Notes: generated from the sequence alone by a model not told the origin. A stretch of DNA of 63,655 bases from Bacillota bacterium (GCA_012522085.1 JAAYLE010000146.1:1-63655), one strand, 5' to 3'; counted from the first letter of the stretch, positions 1 through 10,142 are shown. A program made the numbers and translations.

Positions 1-1215
1 AATTTGCCCCAAGTGGGTGGTATAAAGACCCGTTTCCTTCATGCGGTTAAAGTAGGCGCCACCGGAAAAGGTGTATCTGGTCCCTACTTCCCCCTCCCCG
101 ATTTGCTCCCGCACCCAGGCGATGAAGTCACCCACCGCCAGATCCCGCGGCAAGAATAAAGGAGGCAGATCCAGGGCAAACCGCGCCGCATTATGGCCGG
201 CGAGGGTGCCTGTAACTATTGCCTCGGTGTGGCCCACCGCAAGGCCAATCTTTTCACCGGCGCAAAAGAGGTTGTCTAGACCTCCCACTCTTAGGGCATC
301 ATCCCGGGGAGTGATGAGGCCAAAGCGGACGGAATTGCCCCGACCTCCACCGTAAGGATCGTGATAAGTCACCCTTTCCATTCCCGGCAGTCGACGCAGT
401 TCTTCCAAGGGGAAAAAGGGAGTCATCAGTTTAACCTGACCGGTATCAAGTAGAACCAAGTTGTCCGCATATTCAGGGAGGGCATACTGCTGACAAGCCT
501 TGCGCCCCAGCATTTCCCCATGGACCACGTACTTGGGGATAGGTATGAGCACACAGCCATTGGTATCTAGCCGATCGGCAAGCCAACTGGCCACTGTATG
601 TTTGTTCAGCTCGCAGGAGCCGCTCATGCCCAAAGCTTGGTCCGACACTCTCTCTTGCACCTTGGCCTTAGCAGCTAGACTCACCCGGGGTCCAAAGGTG
701 GGACAACGAAAGATGCACATCACACACCCGGCGCCATAGCGAAGACAGTTGCCCGGCGGACCCGCGGTACCGGTAGCATCCACGTAGGCGTCCCCTTCAA
801 TTATCTCGCCGCTGGCCAGAACTACGCCCACCACTCGTGTGCCTACCGTGTGGGCATCCACCACTCTGCTTTCCAACAGAAGCCTGATGCCCTCCCGGAG
901 GATCAGATCCCGGATGCTCGCTTCGATGACCTCCACATCATAAAGACTGGCATGCACATGGCCGGGAAAGGAGAGATTTGTATGCCGCGCACAGTCCTCC
1001 ATCACCTTGATGATGTCTCCGCCGCCTAGACATCTTAGCTCTTCCAAAGCCGTGAGCCGCCCGTTGTTCTTGAATATCCCCCCCACCAATCCGGAGCCGA
1101 GCAGCATATTCGTTCTCTCGATCAGGGTAACATCCAGCCCCGCCCTGCCCGCGGCAAGGGCGGCAGCACAACCGGCCCATCCTCCGCCCACAACCACCAC
1201 CTGAGGCCGCAGCAT
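1..1215 (-). CDS. FAD-dependent oxidoreductase; first 405 codons, 3' end lies beyond the window start
   Basis: Absent from the ORF track because it is truncated. I read the minus-strand frame (codons 1-3 ... 1213-1215) and found no stop. ATG at 1215-1213 follows an AGGGGGTG SD. The N-terminus MLRPQVVVVGGGWAGCAAALAAGRAGLDVTLIERT is a GxGxxG dinucleotide-binding fold. Confidence 0.7.
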   Translation of the reverse strand, partial: MLRPQVVVVGGGWAGCAAALAAGRAGLDVTLIERTNMLLGSGLVGGIFKNNGRLTALEELRCLGGGDIIKVMEDCARHTNLSFPGHVHASLYDVEVIEASIRDLILREGIRLLLESRVVDAHTVGTRVVGVVLASGEIIEGDAYVDATGTAGPPGNCLRYGAGCVMCIFRCPTFGPRVSLAAKAKVQERVSDQALGMSGSCELNKHTVASWLADRLDTNGCVLIPIPKYVVHGEMLGRKACQQYALPEYADNLVLLDTGQVKLMTPFFPLEELRRLPGMERVTYHDPYGGGRGNSVRFGLITPRDDALRVGGLDNLFCAGEKIGLAVGHTEAIVTGTLAGHNAARFALDLPPLFLPRDLAVGDFIAWVREQIGEGEVGTRYTFSGGAYFNRMKETGLYTTHLGQI

Positions 1216-1276
1216 AAATACACCCCCTGTGGTATCTTATGAGGGGAAGGGCGGGTCGACGCGGACTTCGGCCCAC

Positions 1277-1299
1277 AAAAAAAGCTTCCCGCGGGAAGC
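1277..1299 (-). terminator. Rho-independent terminator after ytfJ
   Basis: Perfect palindrome GCTTCCCGCGGGAAGC (1284-1299) followed on the minus strand by T7 (1277-1283). Confidence 0.75.
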
Positions 1300-1324
1300 C
1301 TTGGCGAACCGGCGCCAACGTGCC

Positions 1325-1753
1325 TTAAGTATCCCGTATGTTCCCCCGGATTCCCGCATAAGTGCGAGGCATGTCCGTTTTCCCATCCCGCACGAGAGTT
1401 TGAATCCGATCGATCACCTGGGGAGCAAGATCGATGAGGCGATCGTAAATGGCCGTGCCGTCAACGGGTAGGAGGCGCACTTGCCCCTGCCCCACCACCA
1501 AGAAGGCGACAGGACTTAACGACATGCCGCCGCCGCTGCCGCCCCCGAAGGGGAAAGAACCCTCTTGTTGATTCCCCGTCTCATATTCCGAACCTCCGGC
1601 AGCGAAGCCAAAGGACACCCTGGAGACAGGCAATATCACCATGCCGTCTGGCGTTTCCACCGGGTCTCCAAGGATCGTATTCACATCGATCATACTCTTG
1701 AGGCTCTCCATGGCCGTCTGCATAAGGACCCCGATGGGATGATCGTTAGCCAA
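1325..1753 (-). CDS. ytfJ: Sporulation protein YtfJ (GerW family)
   Basis: ANDHPIGVLMQTAMESLKSMIDVNTILGDPVETPDGMVILPVSRVSFGFAAGGSEY matches the YtfJ signature. I place the start at TTG 1753 (AGAAGGGAG SD 9 nt upstream) rather than the track start 1789. Confidence 0.85.
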   Translation of the reverse strand: MANDHPIGVLMQTAMESLKSMIDVNTILGDPVETPDGMVILPVSRVSFGFAAGGSEYETGNQQEGSFPFGGGSGGGMSLSPVAFLVVGQGQVRLLPVDGTAIYDRLIDLAPQVIDRIQTLVRDGKTDMPRTYAGIRGNIRDT

Positions 1754-2297
1754 AGCTTTTTGCTCCCTTCTGGAAGTTATCGCGAACAATGCTCCCTAGT
1801 CTCGTGAGGATAATATGGCCCAACTTGAGATGGAATATGCACTGAGCCCGCACGCAGAGCAGTCGCTGGTTAAAATGGGGCTGGATGGCGACATTCGATC
1901 GGCAGCTTGGCGGAAGCAAGGGTTGGATGGCGCCCCAGACTCCCCACAACATCCCGGCGGCAAGGCCGGTGGAGGCCGCATCCCCCGTGCCGACAGCCAC
2001 CTTAAGATCGATGGAGCGGCAGTAGGGACTGAAAAACCGGCTGGTGCGGAGGAGCATCGCCAGGGAAGACTCTCGGGATGAGCCGTCCATACTAGCAAAC
2101 AAACGCCCGGGTAGTCTTCCCCCGGGTCGCGATGTTCCGCCCCTTAGTCTAATGGGTACTTGGACTGGGCGCCAGTTGCCGACTCCTATCCGAAGAAAAA
2201 GGCCATCATCTTTCCCTCCCAGCCGGTAGATGGATTCCACCGTCACGGGAAGGAAAAGCAAGACCAATATGGCCGGAAGGGCCAGGAAAGCCACCAC
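1746..2297 (-). CDS. ytfI: DUF2953/YtfI-like sporulation membrane protein
   Basis: N-terminal TM segment. It lies immediately upstream of ytfJ and overlaps it, as in the Bacillus ytfI-ytfJ pair. The sequence itself has low information content. Confidence 0.55.
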   Translation of the reverse strand: MVAFLALPAILVLLFLPVTVESIYRLGGKDDGLFLRIGVGNWRPVQVPIRLRGGTSRPGGRLPGRLFASMDGSSRESSLAMLLRTSRFFSPYCRSIDLKVAVGTGDAASTGLAAGMLWGVWGAIQPLLPPSCRSNVAIQPHFNQRLLCVRAQCIFHLKLGHIILTRLGSIVRDNFQKGAKSFG

Positions 2298-2331
2298 TTT
2301 TCACCCTGCCTTATTTTCTCCAGCCCTTAAC

Positions 2332-2859
2332 TTACAATACCTCTTCCTCGGGCAAAGGTGGCAAATCATCCAAGGAATTCAAGCCAAGGTGAACTAGGAA
2401 CTTGGTCGTCGTTCCGTACAGGATCGGGCGGCCCGGTTCATCTAGGCGTCCCACTTCCTCCACTAATCCCCGTTCCAGCAGGCTTTGCAGAGCGCTGTCC
2501 ACCCTGACTCCTCGAATCCTCTCCATCACCGCCCTAGTGACTGGCTGCTTGTAAGCGATGATGGCCAGGGTTTCCAATGCGGCAGGGGAAAGTCCAGTAG
2601 TGTTGACAGGACGATGGAGCTTTTCTATGAGTTCGGCGAATTCCTCTCGGGTCCGCAGCTGCCAACCCCCGGCGAGGGGATAGAGCAGAAAACCGCCCAT
2701 GCGCTCTTGGTACTCGCCCAGCAACTCCCGTAAAGCTGCTTCCACTTCTTTGGGGCTTGCCCCTGTCAGTTCAGCTAATGCCTTTTCACTTAGAGGTTCG
2801 GGAGCGGCAAATAAGAGAGCTTCAATGCAGGCCTTCAGTTCTTCTTGCATCGGGTTCAT
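2332..2859 (-). CDS. scpB: Segregation and condensation protein B
   Basis: IEALLFAAPEPLS...LSPAALETLAIIAYKQPVTRAVMERIRGV... is typical ScpB. Start is ATG 2859 or 2850; the track start 2985 is an unsupported upstream extension. Overlaps the scpA 3' end. Confidence 0.9.
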   Translation of the reverse strand: MNPMQEELKACIEALLFAAPEPLSEKALAELTGASPKEVEAALRELLGEYQERMGGFLLYPLAGGWQLRTREEFAELIEKLHRPVNTTGLSPAALETLAIIAYKQPVTRAVMERIRGVRVDSALQSLLERGLVEEVGRLDEPGRPILYGTTTKFLVHLGLNSLDDLPPLPEEEVL

Positions 2860-3574
2860 CTCCACTTCCAAGGGAAAGCTCAATGACCCCGAAGGGCCGA
2901 TCTTGGCGAACCTTAACCTTGCCTTTCCTGGCAAGTTCCAGCACCGCAAGGAGGGTAACCACGTAATCGAGCCGGCTCCTCCCATATACTAACAAATCGG
3001 CGAACTGCTTCGGCTCCTTAGCCAGGGAGCTGAGGACGGCCCTCATTCTCCCAGGCAAGTCGATGCTGATGCGCCGCAGCTCTTTCACTTCCTGCCGCTC
3101 GCGGTAAGCGGCCAGTACATCCGCCGCTAAGCGGCAAAGGAGTTCAGGCGTAGCCGATCCTACCGGTCGAGTGTAATGGACCTGGAGCTTCGGGCAGGGA
3201 GCCTCCCGGGGAAAGCGTCTGCCAGCCTCCACCAGAAGCTCCCCTAGTCTCAACGAAGCCAAGTAAAAACGACGATAGTCGAGCAGGCGAAGGGCCAGTT
3301 CTTCCCGCGGATCCGGCTCGGCGGGCTCCTCCGCGTCAGATTTTGGCCTGGGCAGCAAGCTTCGCGCTTTGAGCTGGATTAGCGTTGCCGCCATGACCAA
3401 GAAATCGGCGGCCAAATGCAGATCTAATACCTTAACGACAGACAGATACTCCAGGTACTGGTCAGTTATCCGAGCAATGGGTATGTCCCAGATGCTGACC
3501 TCCTCCCGCTTGATGAGGTCCAAGAGAAGCTCAAAGGGGCCTTGGTAAACGGGAAGTTGAACCTGGTAGGTCAT
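2822..3574 (-). CDS. scpA: Segregation and condensation protein A
   Basis: MTYQVQLPVYQGPFELLLDLIKREEVSIWDIPIARITDQYLEYL is the ScpA N-terminal signature. SD is AAAGGGGAGG. Confidence 0.9.
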   Translation of the reverse strand: MTYQVQLPVYQGPFELLLDLIKREEVSIWDIPIARITDQYLEYLSVVKVLDLHLAADFLVMAATLIQLKARSLLPRPKSDAEEPAEPDPREELALRLLDYRRFYLASLRLGELLVEAGRRFPREAPCPKLQVHYTRPVGSATPELLCRLAADVLAAYRERQEVKELRRISIDLPGRMRAVLSSLAKEPKQFADLLVYGRSRLDYVVTLLAVLELARKGKVKVRQDRPFGVIELSLGSGDEPDARRTEGLH

Positions 3575-3586
3575 GTTTCCTCCCCT

Positions 3587-4579
3587 TTACATCCCCATCG
3601 CCTGGCGCACTTCAGCCATGGTGACTGCCGCCACTTCCCGGGCTTTAGCTGCTCCCGCGGCAAGCAAGTCTTCTACTGCATGGGGGTCCTTAGCCCAGTT
3701 TCGACGTCGTTCATGGATGGGAGCGAGGAACTCGACCAGCTTGTCCGCCAACCGCTTCTTGCAGTCCACACAACCGATCCCTGCCTGACGACAATCGACT
3801 TCGATTCCTTCCGTCTCCTCCAGATTGAAGATCTTGTGGAGGGCGAAGACGCTGCAGACCTCGGGATTCCCGGGGTCCTTTCGCCTTGCCCGCTGGGGAT
3901 CGGTGATCATGCTGCCGATCTTGCTACGGATCTCTTCCGGCTCCTCCGCCATTAGGATCACATTCCCATAACTCTTGCTCATTTTCCGTCCGTCCAGACC
4001 CGGAAGGACAGGATAGGGAGTCAATTTTGCCTGGGGTTCGGGAAAGGTCGGCCGGTAGAGATAGTTGAAGCGACGCACGATCTCCCGGGCTAATTCCAAG
4101 TGGGGCAGCTGATCTTCGCCAACGGGTACAGTGTCAGCTTTGTAGATCAGAATATCCGCAGCCATCAACACCGGGTAGCCCAAGAATCCATAGGTCCTGA
4201 TGTCTTTTTCGGCCAGCTGAGTCAATTGCTCTTTGTACGTGGGGCATCTCTCCAGCCACGACAAAGGCGTGATCATCGAGAGCAACAGGTGCAGCTCCGC
4301 GTGTTCCTTCACATCCGACTGGCGGAAAATCAGGCACCGCTCGGGATCCAAGCCCGCGCTCAGCCAATCGATCGCCATTTCCCGCACATTCTCGCGAATG
4401 ATTTCCGTTTCTTCATACCCGGTCGTCAAGGCATGCCAGTCAACGATGCCAAAGAAGCACTCGTAGTCATCTTGCAGCTGCACCCAGGCCTGGAGGGCCC
4501 CAAGGTAGTTGCCTAGATGGAGTCTTCCCGTCGGCCGCATGCCGCTGAAAATTCGACCTTTCTTTCCCATCTCTTCCAT
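3587..4579 (-). CDS. trpS: Tryptophan--tRNA ligase
   Basis: Class I motifs are present: GRLHLGNYLG (HIGH-type) and KMSKS. Overall TrpRS-like. The true start may be ATG 4570 (MGKKGRIFSG...). Confidence 0.92.
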   Translation of the reverse strand: MEEMGKKGRIFSGMRPTGRLHLGNYLGALQAWVQLQDDYECFFGIVDWHALTTGYEETEIIRENVREMAIDWLSAGLDPERCLIFRQSDVKEHAELHLLLSMITPLSWLERCPTYKEQLTQLAEKDIRTYGFLGYPVLMAADILIYKADTVPVGEDQLPHLELAREIVRRFNYLYRPTFPEPQAKLTPYPVLPGLDGRKMSKSYGNVILMAEEPEEIRSKIGSMITDPQRARRKDPGNPEVCSVFALHKIFNLEETEGIEVDCRQAGIGCVDCKKRLADKLVEFLAPIHERRRNWAKDPHAVEDLLAAGAAKAREVAAVTMAEVRQAMGM

Positions 4580-4595
4580 CCTTTCTTCAGCACTT

Positions 4596-5201
4596 CTAAA
4601 GGAACCGCATACCCCAAGTCAAGGCCCGCACGATGGGCAGCAAGAGCTGTCGAGCCAGCCCGCTCATAATCAAGAAAACCAGCAGCAAAGGACCATAAGC
4701 CTCCAGTTGGCCCAGAGCATAGGCCTGCCGCCCCGGAAGCAGCCCCATGAGAATCTTTGACCCGTCTAGGGGCGGAACCGGGATCAGATTAAAAGCGGCC
4801 AGCCACAAATTCAAGGCGATATTAATCTCGAAAAAGTTGATCAGCAGCCTAGCCGCCATCGGCTGCAAGGGACGGGCAATAAGACCACCGATGAGCGCAA
4901 AAAAGTACGCCAAAGTTATGTTCGCCAGTGGTCCGGCCAAGGCGACGTACATCATCCCACGACGGCTGTCGCGAAAATAACGGGGATTAATCATCACCGG
5001 CTTGGCCCAACCAAAGCGAAAGAAGACCAACATCAAGGCCCCAATTGGATCCAAATGGGCCAGTGGGTTCAAAGTCAATCGACCCGACAGCCTGGGAGTA
5101 GGATCCCCCAGGTAGTCAGCTGCCGCTCCATGGGCAAATTCATGGATGGAAATGGCCATCAATGCCGCAGGCACAGTAAGTAGCAGCCTATAAGGAAGCA
5201 T
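4596..5201 (-). CDS. Site-2 protease family (peptidase M50) membrane protein
   Basis: HEFAHG zinc motif, LNPLAHLDPIG, multiple TM segments and the NLIPVPPLDG motif. Confidence 0.85.
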   Translation of the reverse strand: MLPYRLLLTVPAALMAISIHEFAHGAAADYLGDPTPRLSGRLTLNPLAHLDPIGALMLVFFRFGWAKPVMINPRYFRDSRRGMMYVALAGPLANITLAYFFALIGGLIARPLQPMAARLLINFFEINIALNLWLAAFNLIPVPPLDGSKILMGLLPGRQAYALGQLEAYGPLLLVFLIMSGLARQLLLPIVRALTWGMRFL

Positions 5202-6472
5202 TAAGGATCCTCCTTTGTCAGTTGCCCCATCATCCTATCTGCTAAGGAAAGCTCATCCTCCCGAGTTGCCACTTCCTCATCAAGTTTGGCCCGCAGGACC
5301 TTCCTTAGCACCTTTCCAAAAGACGGCCCTGGACGGTAGCCTAATGCCACCAGATCACTGCCGGTGATCGACAGCTCCACCTTAGACAACCGCTCCCGAT
5401 AGGCGATGAGCCGCTCTCTAATTGGCGAGGCTCCGCTGTAGGCCCAAAGAAGCGCCAGCCCCTCCTCCGGAAGGGTGGATAACACATCATAGATTGTACT
5501 GGGCCGCAAATTCGGCCAGTGCAAACACCACAGGGCAAAACGCCAATTGGCCAAGAGAGCACGGAGTTTCCTCTGCTCGGCCCCACTTAGGGCCAGCCTC
5601 TCGGCAGCCTCCGTGGCAGCCTCCAAGGGCTGGTGAAACAAGATTCCCGCCAAATAGGCAAACCCATGGCAAGGCAAATGTAAAGCCCGCAAGGACGAGG
5701 GAACGCCCCTCAGCAAAGCCCAATCGATCTCCCCCAAAGCCCAATGAATGGCCCGAAGGAGGCCGAAATCCGCCAACATCTGAAGCATGGGCAGAACTTG
5801 CTCTTCCGCCAGAATCTTGCGCATCTCGGCTCCCAGCCGCTGGGGAGACACGCAACAAACCAATCCCCCCTCAACCGCGCTGGCCATCAGCCGCCTGGTC
5901 CTATCTTCCACCTGGAAGCCGTAGCGAACCCCAAATCGCACCGCCCTGAAAAGGCGCGTCGGATCGTCCCGGAAGCTTCCGTCATGGAGAACCCTAATGA
6001 AGCCTCGCCGCAGGTCCTCCAAGCCGCCGAATGGATCGACCACCTTCCCCAGGTCCTCGGGACCCAGGGACAGGGCCAGGGCATTGATGGTAAAGTCCCG
6101 CCGCCAAAGGTCTTCCCGAAGATCCGCCGCGGCAACCTGCGGCAGGGCCCCTGGGCGGGGGTAGTACTCTTTGCGGGAGCCAGCCACATCGATGGCCCAG
6201 CCAGCGGGCAGCAGCACCTTGGCCGTGTCAAAATCACCGAAGACGACTACCCGGCCTCCCCAACGGGCTGCAATTTCTTCGGCGAAGGTAATTCCTCCCC
6301 CGCTGACGACTAAATCGATGTCCGTATTCTCCCAGCCCAAGAGGAGGTCCCGCACAAGCCCGCCGACGATGTAGCAATATCGTCCTTCCTTCGCGGCCAG
6401 CCGGCCGGCTTCCTGCAGATACCCCATCACTTGGGGCGAAAATCGCGCTGCAAGTTCCCCGAAGAGATTCAT
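5201..6472 (-). CDS. cca: CCA-adding enzyme / poly(A) polymerase-family tRNA nucleotidyltransferase
   Basis: YIVGGLVRDLLLG...DIDLVV and RRDFTINALA motifs. TAATG overlap with the downstream gene and ATGA overlap with lysA. Confidence 0.85.
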   Translation of the reverse strand: MNLFGELAARFSPQVMGYLQEAGRLAAKEGRYCYIVGGLVRDLLLGWENTDIDLVVSGGGITFAEEIAARWGGRVVVFGDFDTAKVLLPAGWAIDVAGSRKEYYPRPGALPQVAAADLREDLWRRDFTINALALSLGPEDLGKVVDPFGGLEDLRRGFIRVLHDGSFRDDPTRLFRAVRFGVRYGFQVEDRTRRLMASAVEGGLVCCVSPQRLGAEMRKILAEEQVLPMLQMLADFGLLRAIHWALGEIDWALLRGVPSSLRALHLPCHGFAYLAGILFHQPLEAATEAAERLALSGAEQRKLRALLANWRFALWCLHWPNLRPSTIYDVLSTLPEEGLALLWAYSGASPIRERLIAYRERLSKVELSITGSDLVALGYRPGPSFGKVLRKVLRAKLDEEVATREDELSLADRMMGQLTKEDP

Positions 6473-7812
6473 GCCTGCTCAACGCTGCGGGCTTCAAGAC
6501 TCTCCAGTCGGAAGGGGATCACATCATTAGCGATGAGCGTTGCGTACGTCTCCCGCCGGACCACCAAATCCGCGGACCCTTGAGAGACGAAGACTACCGC
6601 GGGACGGGGAAGGCGGTTGTAGTTGCTGGCCATTGAATAGGTATACGCCCCGGTGCAAAAAACAGCCAGGATATCGCCTGGAGCCACCTCGGGCGCCTCC
6701 AGGTCCCAAATGAGCATGTCCCCCGACTCACAGCACTTGCCCGCAACAGATACTAATTGAGTTTTCTGCTTGTCGGCCTTGTTGGCCACCATAGCCTCAT
6801 AGACCGCCTGATAGAGGGCCACCCGAGGATTGTCACCCATGCCCCCATCGACGGTTATGTACTTGCGAATGCCCGGCAGCTCCTTGACAGCGCCAACGCG
6901 ATAGAGGGTTGTACCGGCTTCCCCTACGATGGACCGGCCAGGCTCAACGCTAATCAGGGGTAGGTCCAAACGGCACATTGCCGCATTCTCCCTGACACTC
7001 TCGACCAGATAGGCTATATACTCCTCCGGGCTGATGGGGGAATCATCCCTGCTGTACTTAATGCCCAAACCGCCCCCCAGGTTCAATTCTGCCGCGGTCC
7101 AGCCAAGCTCATCCCGGATCTCTTTCAGGAAGTGATATAGGATCCCGATGGTAACCCCGAAGGATTCGAGTTCGAAGATTTGGGACCCGATATGGCAGTG
7201 CAGCCCCCGCAAGTTAAGGTTTCTTGCTTCCAAGGCCGTTCGCACCGCCTCCCGAGCTATCCCTTGAGCCAAGGGAAAACCGAACTTGGAGTCCAGCTGA
7301 CCTGTTTGGATATAGGTATGGGTGTGGGCTTCAACCCCCGGCGTAACCCGCAAGAGGATATCAACCTGGCGCCCTAGTTTTTCACAAAGCCGATCCAGGA
7401 TCTCCAATTCAAAGGAGTTGTCCACGACGATGCAGCCAATCCCCGCCTGCAAAGCCATCACGAGCTCCTCGCGGGACTTATTGTTGCCGTGAAAGTAAAT
7501 CCTCTCCCTGGGGAAATCCGCAGCCAAGGCGGTGTAGAGCTCCCCTCCCGAGACCACATCAAGGCAAAGGCCCTCCTGGGCGATCAAGCGGCACATAGCG
7601 AGGGTCAAAAAAGCCTTGCCTGCATAGATAGTCCTGCTATGGGGGTAATGCCGGGCAAAGGCCTTTTGATAGGCCCGACACTGACCTCGGATCAGCTCTT
7701 CGTCGAAAACGTACAAGGGAGTACCGAATCTAGCCGCCAAATCGACTACATCGCAGCCTCCGATCTCCAGGTGCCCCCGCCCATTGATGCCCATCGTTCC
7801 CCGCAATTCCAT
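6469..7812 (-). CDS. lysA: Diaminopimelate decarboxylase
   Basis: Fold-III PLP decarboxylase pattern (GTPLYVFDEE, YAGKAF, HCHIGSQ, ESGD). Start is ATG 7812 behind an AAAGGTGGGG SD. Sits after spoVAF, as in Bacillus. Confidence 0.92.
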   Translation of the reverse strand: MELRGTMGINGRGHLEIGGCDVVDLAARFGTPLYVFDEELIRGQCRAYQKAFARHYPHSRTIYAGKAFLTLAMCRLIAQEGLCLDVVSGGELYTALAADFPRERIYFHGNNKSREELVMALQAGIGCIVVDNSFELEILDRLCEKLGRQVDILLRVTPGVEAHTHTYIQTGQLDSKFGFPLAQGIAREAVRTALEARNLNLRGLHCHIGSQIFELESFGVTIGILYHFLKEIRDELGWTAAELNLGGGLGIKYSRDDSPISPEEYIAYLVESVRENAAMCRLDLPLISVEPGRSIVGEAGTTLYRVGAVKELPGIRKYITVDGGMGDNPRVALYQAVYEAMVANKADKQKTQLVSVAGKCCESGDMLIWDLEAPEVAPGDILAVFCTGAYTYSMASNYNRLPRPAVVFVSQGSADLVVRRETYATLIANDVIPFRLESLEARSVEQA

Positions 7813-7904
7813 GGAGAAGCCCCACCTTTGCATACAGGTTCTTCACCATCATAACATATGCCTGCCCCCGGGGGAAGGTCTTGGATTGATGATGCTCATG
7901 CTGA

Positions 7905-9353
7905 CTAGTTGGAGTCTTGTTTGGAACGGGCCGTTGCGGGGCGGCTCCTCAGATCGGGAACGGGAGTGCGAAAAATGAGACGCATCAAGGCTTTCAAATT
8001 GAGGGGGATGAGGGGCCAAAGATAGGGCGTGTCGAAAGAGCGGGTAAGAGCAAAGAACAGGATGGTGATCACCACTCCCGCGGCAAGACCAACCAGACCG
8101 AAGAAACCGGCAAGAATGAGAGTCATTAGCCTGAACAACCTGATGGCCAAACCGAATTCCAGACTCGGTGTCGCAAAGGTGCCAACGGCCGCTACGGCCG
8201 CATATAGAATCGTCTCTTCATTAAACAGCCCCACCTTAACAGCAAAGTCCCCTAGGAGGATGGCTCCCACAATTCCCAATGAAGTTGCCAGGGCGTTGGG
8301 TGTATGGATGAAGGCCATCCGCACCAAATCAAGACCAAGCTCCAAAATAACAAACTGTGCAAAGAGAGAAAGGGTTGTCGGACCCTTTGGTCCTAAGAAT
8401 TGCAGCGCCTCAGGCAGGATGTCTTTATCCATCACTAACGCCAACCATAAGGGTGTTAGGATGAAGGACAGGAGCATTCCGAAGGTGCGCACCCAGCGAA
8501 GATAGGTCCCTACGACCGGGTGCTGGAAATACTCCTCGGCGTGCTGAGTAAAATGCCAGGCAGTAGCCGGGGCCAACGCGACGGCCGGAGTGGTATCGAC
8601 GATGATGGCCACATGACCTTCGAGGAGGTGGGCCGCGGCCACATCCGGCCGCTCGGTGTAGCGCACCTTGGGCAAAGGATTAATCGTTGCCCTGACGACG
8701 TATTCTTCCAGGCTCTTAATCCCCATCGGCAGACCCTCAACACCCACATCCTCGATGCTTTTCTCGATTGTCTCGACTAGTTGGGGCTCCGCCAAATCCT
8801 CGATGTAGACGATGACTACATCCGTTTGGGACCTTTTCCCGGCCTTTAGCGCTTTGCAGCGAAGGCGCGGGTCCCGCAGCCGACGCCGCAACAGAGCCGT
8901 GTTGAAAATTGAAGTCTCCACAAAGCCATCCCGGGAGCCTCTGGTCACCCGTTCCAAGTCCGGCTCCTCGATGCCCCGAACAGGATATTCCCGCGCGTCG
9001 ATGATCAAAGCCTGGTCCAAACCGTCGATAAGGAGCACTAAAGGGCCCGAGATGACCTGAAGAATCACATCATCCAGATCATCGGAGGTACTCACCTCGA
9101 AGTAGGGCAGGCCCTGTTGCAGAATCTTCTCGAGGGGATCCGGCAGCACATCCTCCCGGGTGAGGGCCATGAGGGACCGCATAATGTCAACGGTCACGTG
9201 GTCCTTGATCAGTCCATCGACGAAAATCAAGGCAGCATCCTTACCGCCGATGGTTATGCGGCGGAGAATCAGGTCAAAACTGATATCGAGCCCCAGCTCA
9301 TCGGTCAAGACAGCGATGTTTTCCTCTAGGTCCTTCACCAGTTTGCGCGCCAC
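7905..9353 (-). CDS. spoVAF: Stage V sporulation protein AF (GerA-family)
   Basis: GerA-family N-terminal soluble domain plus a C-terminal multi-TM domain. Lies immediately upstream of lysA. GTG start behind a GGCGGAGGTGGG SD. Confidence 0.8.
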   Translation of the reverse strand: MARKLVKDLEENIAVLTDELGLDISFDLILRRITIGGKDAALIFVDGLIKDHVTVDIMRSLMALTREDVLPDPLEKILQQGLPYFEVSTSDDLDDVILQVISGPLVLLIDGLDQALIIDAREYPVRGIEEPDLERVTRGSRDGFVETSIFNTALLRRRLRDPRLRCKALKAGKRSQTDVVIVYIEDLAEPQLVETIEKSIEDVGVEGLPMGIKSLEEYVVRATINPLPKVRYTERPDVAAAHLLEGHVAIIVDTTPAVALAPATAWHFTQHAEEYFQHPVVGTYLRWVRTFGMLLSFILTPLWLALVMDKDILPEALQFLGPKGPTTLSLFAQFVILELGLDLVRMAFIHTPNALATSLGIVGAILLGDFAVKVGLFNEETILYAAVAAVGTFATPSLEFGLAIRLFRLMTLILAGFFGLVGLAAGVVITILFFALTRSFDTPYLWPLIPLNLKALMRLIFRTPVPDLRSRPATARSKQDSN

Positions 9354-9370
9354 TTACGACCCACCTCCGC

Positions 9371-9399
9371 CATGAAGAAAAGCGTCCTTAAGGACGCTT
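9371..9399 (-). terminator. Rho-independent terminator after the small membrane-protein gene
   Basis: Palindrome AAGCGTCC-TTAA-GGACGCTT (9380-9399), then TTCTTC on the minus strand. Confidence 0.55.
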
Positions 9400-9431
9400 A
9401 CTCTTCTTCCCCCTCCAGGAGGGAGACTACC

Positions 9432-9764
9432 CTAGCGCACCACTGTGGGCACGAAAAGGTCGATAATACCAATGACTAAGGCCGCCAGCAGGGCTCCAAA
9501 GACGGTCACCGACATGCCGGGCACCACAAACTGGGTTGCCCAGATGACAATCGCCGATACTAAAAAGCCTACAATGCCCCGACTGTAGGGGGAGACCCGC
9601 TTCCCAAGAGTGGTCTCGATCACCCACCCGATCAAGGCGATGACCACGGCCGCAAGCAAGGCGTGCCAGAAGCTCATGGTTCTAAACCCGGGCACTAAGA
9701 ATCCCACCAGCATCAACACCAGGGCGGAAACGATGAACCGTACAACGACTCCCAACCACTCCAC
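9432..9764 (-). CDS. Small integral membrane protein (about 4 TM; DUF2512- or holin-IV-like)
   Basis: 110 aa and almost entirely hydrophobic helices. Has its own terminator. Family assignment is uncertain. Confidence 0.5.
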   Translation of the reverse strand: MEWLGVVVRFIVSALVLMLVGFLVPGFRTMSFWHALLAAVVIALIGWVIETTLGKRVSPYSRGIVGFLVSAIVIWATQFVVPGMSVTVFGALLAALVIGIIDLFVPTVVR

Positions 9765-9846
9765 TCAGAATCACCTCCAGGTTCTTTCTCGTCCCGTATT
9801 TTTCCCCTTCTCGGGAGGATTATGCGAGGTGTGACTCCTCTTGCCT

Positions 9847-9877
9847 AAAAAATAGCGGTGGGGAGAGGATCCCCACC
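9847..9877 (-). terminator. Rho-independent terminator after the dodecin gene
   Basis: GGTGGGGA-gagga-TCCCCACC 8-bp stem (9857-9877) followed on the minus strand by GCTATTTTTT. Confidence 0.75.
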
Positions 9878-10090
9878 CTACTCAGTTCCTTCTACCCGAA
9901 AGGCTATCTGTACATCCGCCTTGTAGTCAACTATGTTTCCTTCTTCATCTACATCCCCGGTCCAGTTGAGCACCTCAACGCCGCTGATATTCCGGACTGT
10001 CTTCGATGCTTCTTGGACCGCCTTCTTGACCGCATCCTCCCAGCTTGTTTGGGATTCGCCAACCAACTCCACGACTTTGATTACCGTCAC
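9878..10090 (-). CDS. Dodecin-family flavin-binding protein
   Basis: 70 aa; VIKVVELVGESQTSWEDAVKKAVQEASKTVRNISGVEV is the dodecin signature. GTG start behind an AAGGAG SD. Confidence 0.8.
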   Translation of the reverse strand: MTVIKVVELVGESQTSWEDAVKKAVQEASKTVRNISGVEVLNWTGDVDEEGNIVDYKADVQIAFRVEGTE

Positions 10091-10142
10091 CTCATCACTC
10101 CTTCGCCAAGACTTCCATCCTTATCATTCCCTCCTAACGGGG

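Noticed and set aside
4580-4595. T-box leader upstream of trpS.
   Set aside because: Only 16 nt separate trpS from the upstream M50 protease gene, which leaves no room for a roughly 200-nt T-box. trpS appears to be co-transcribed.
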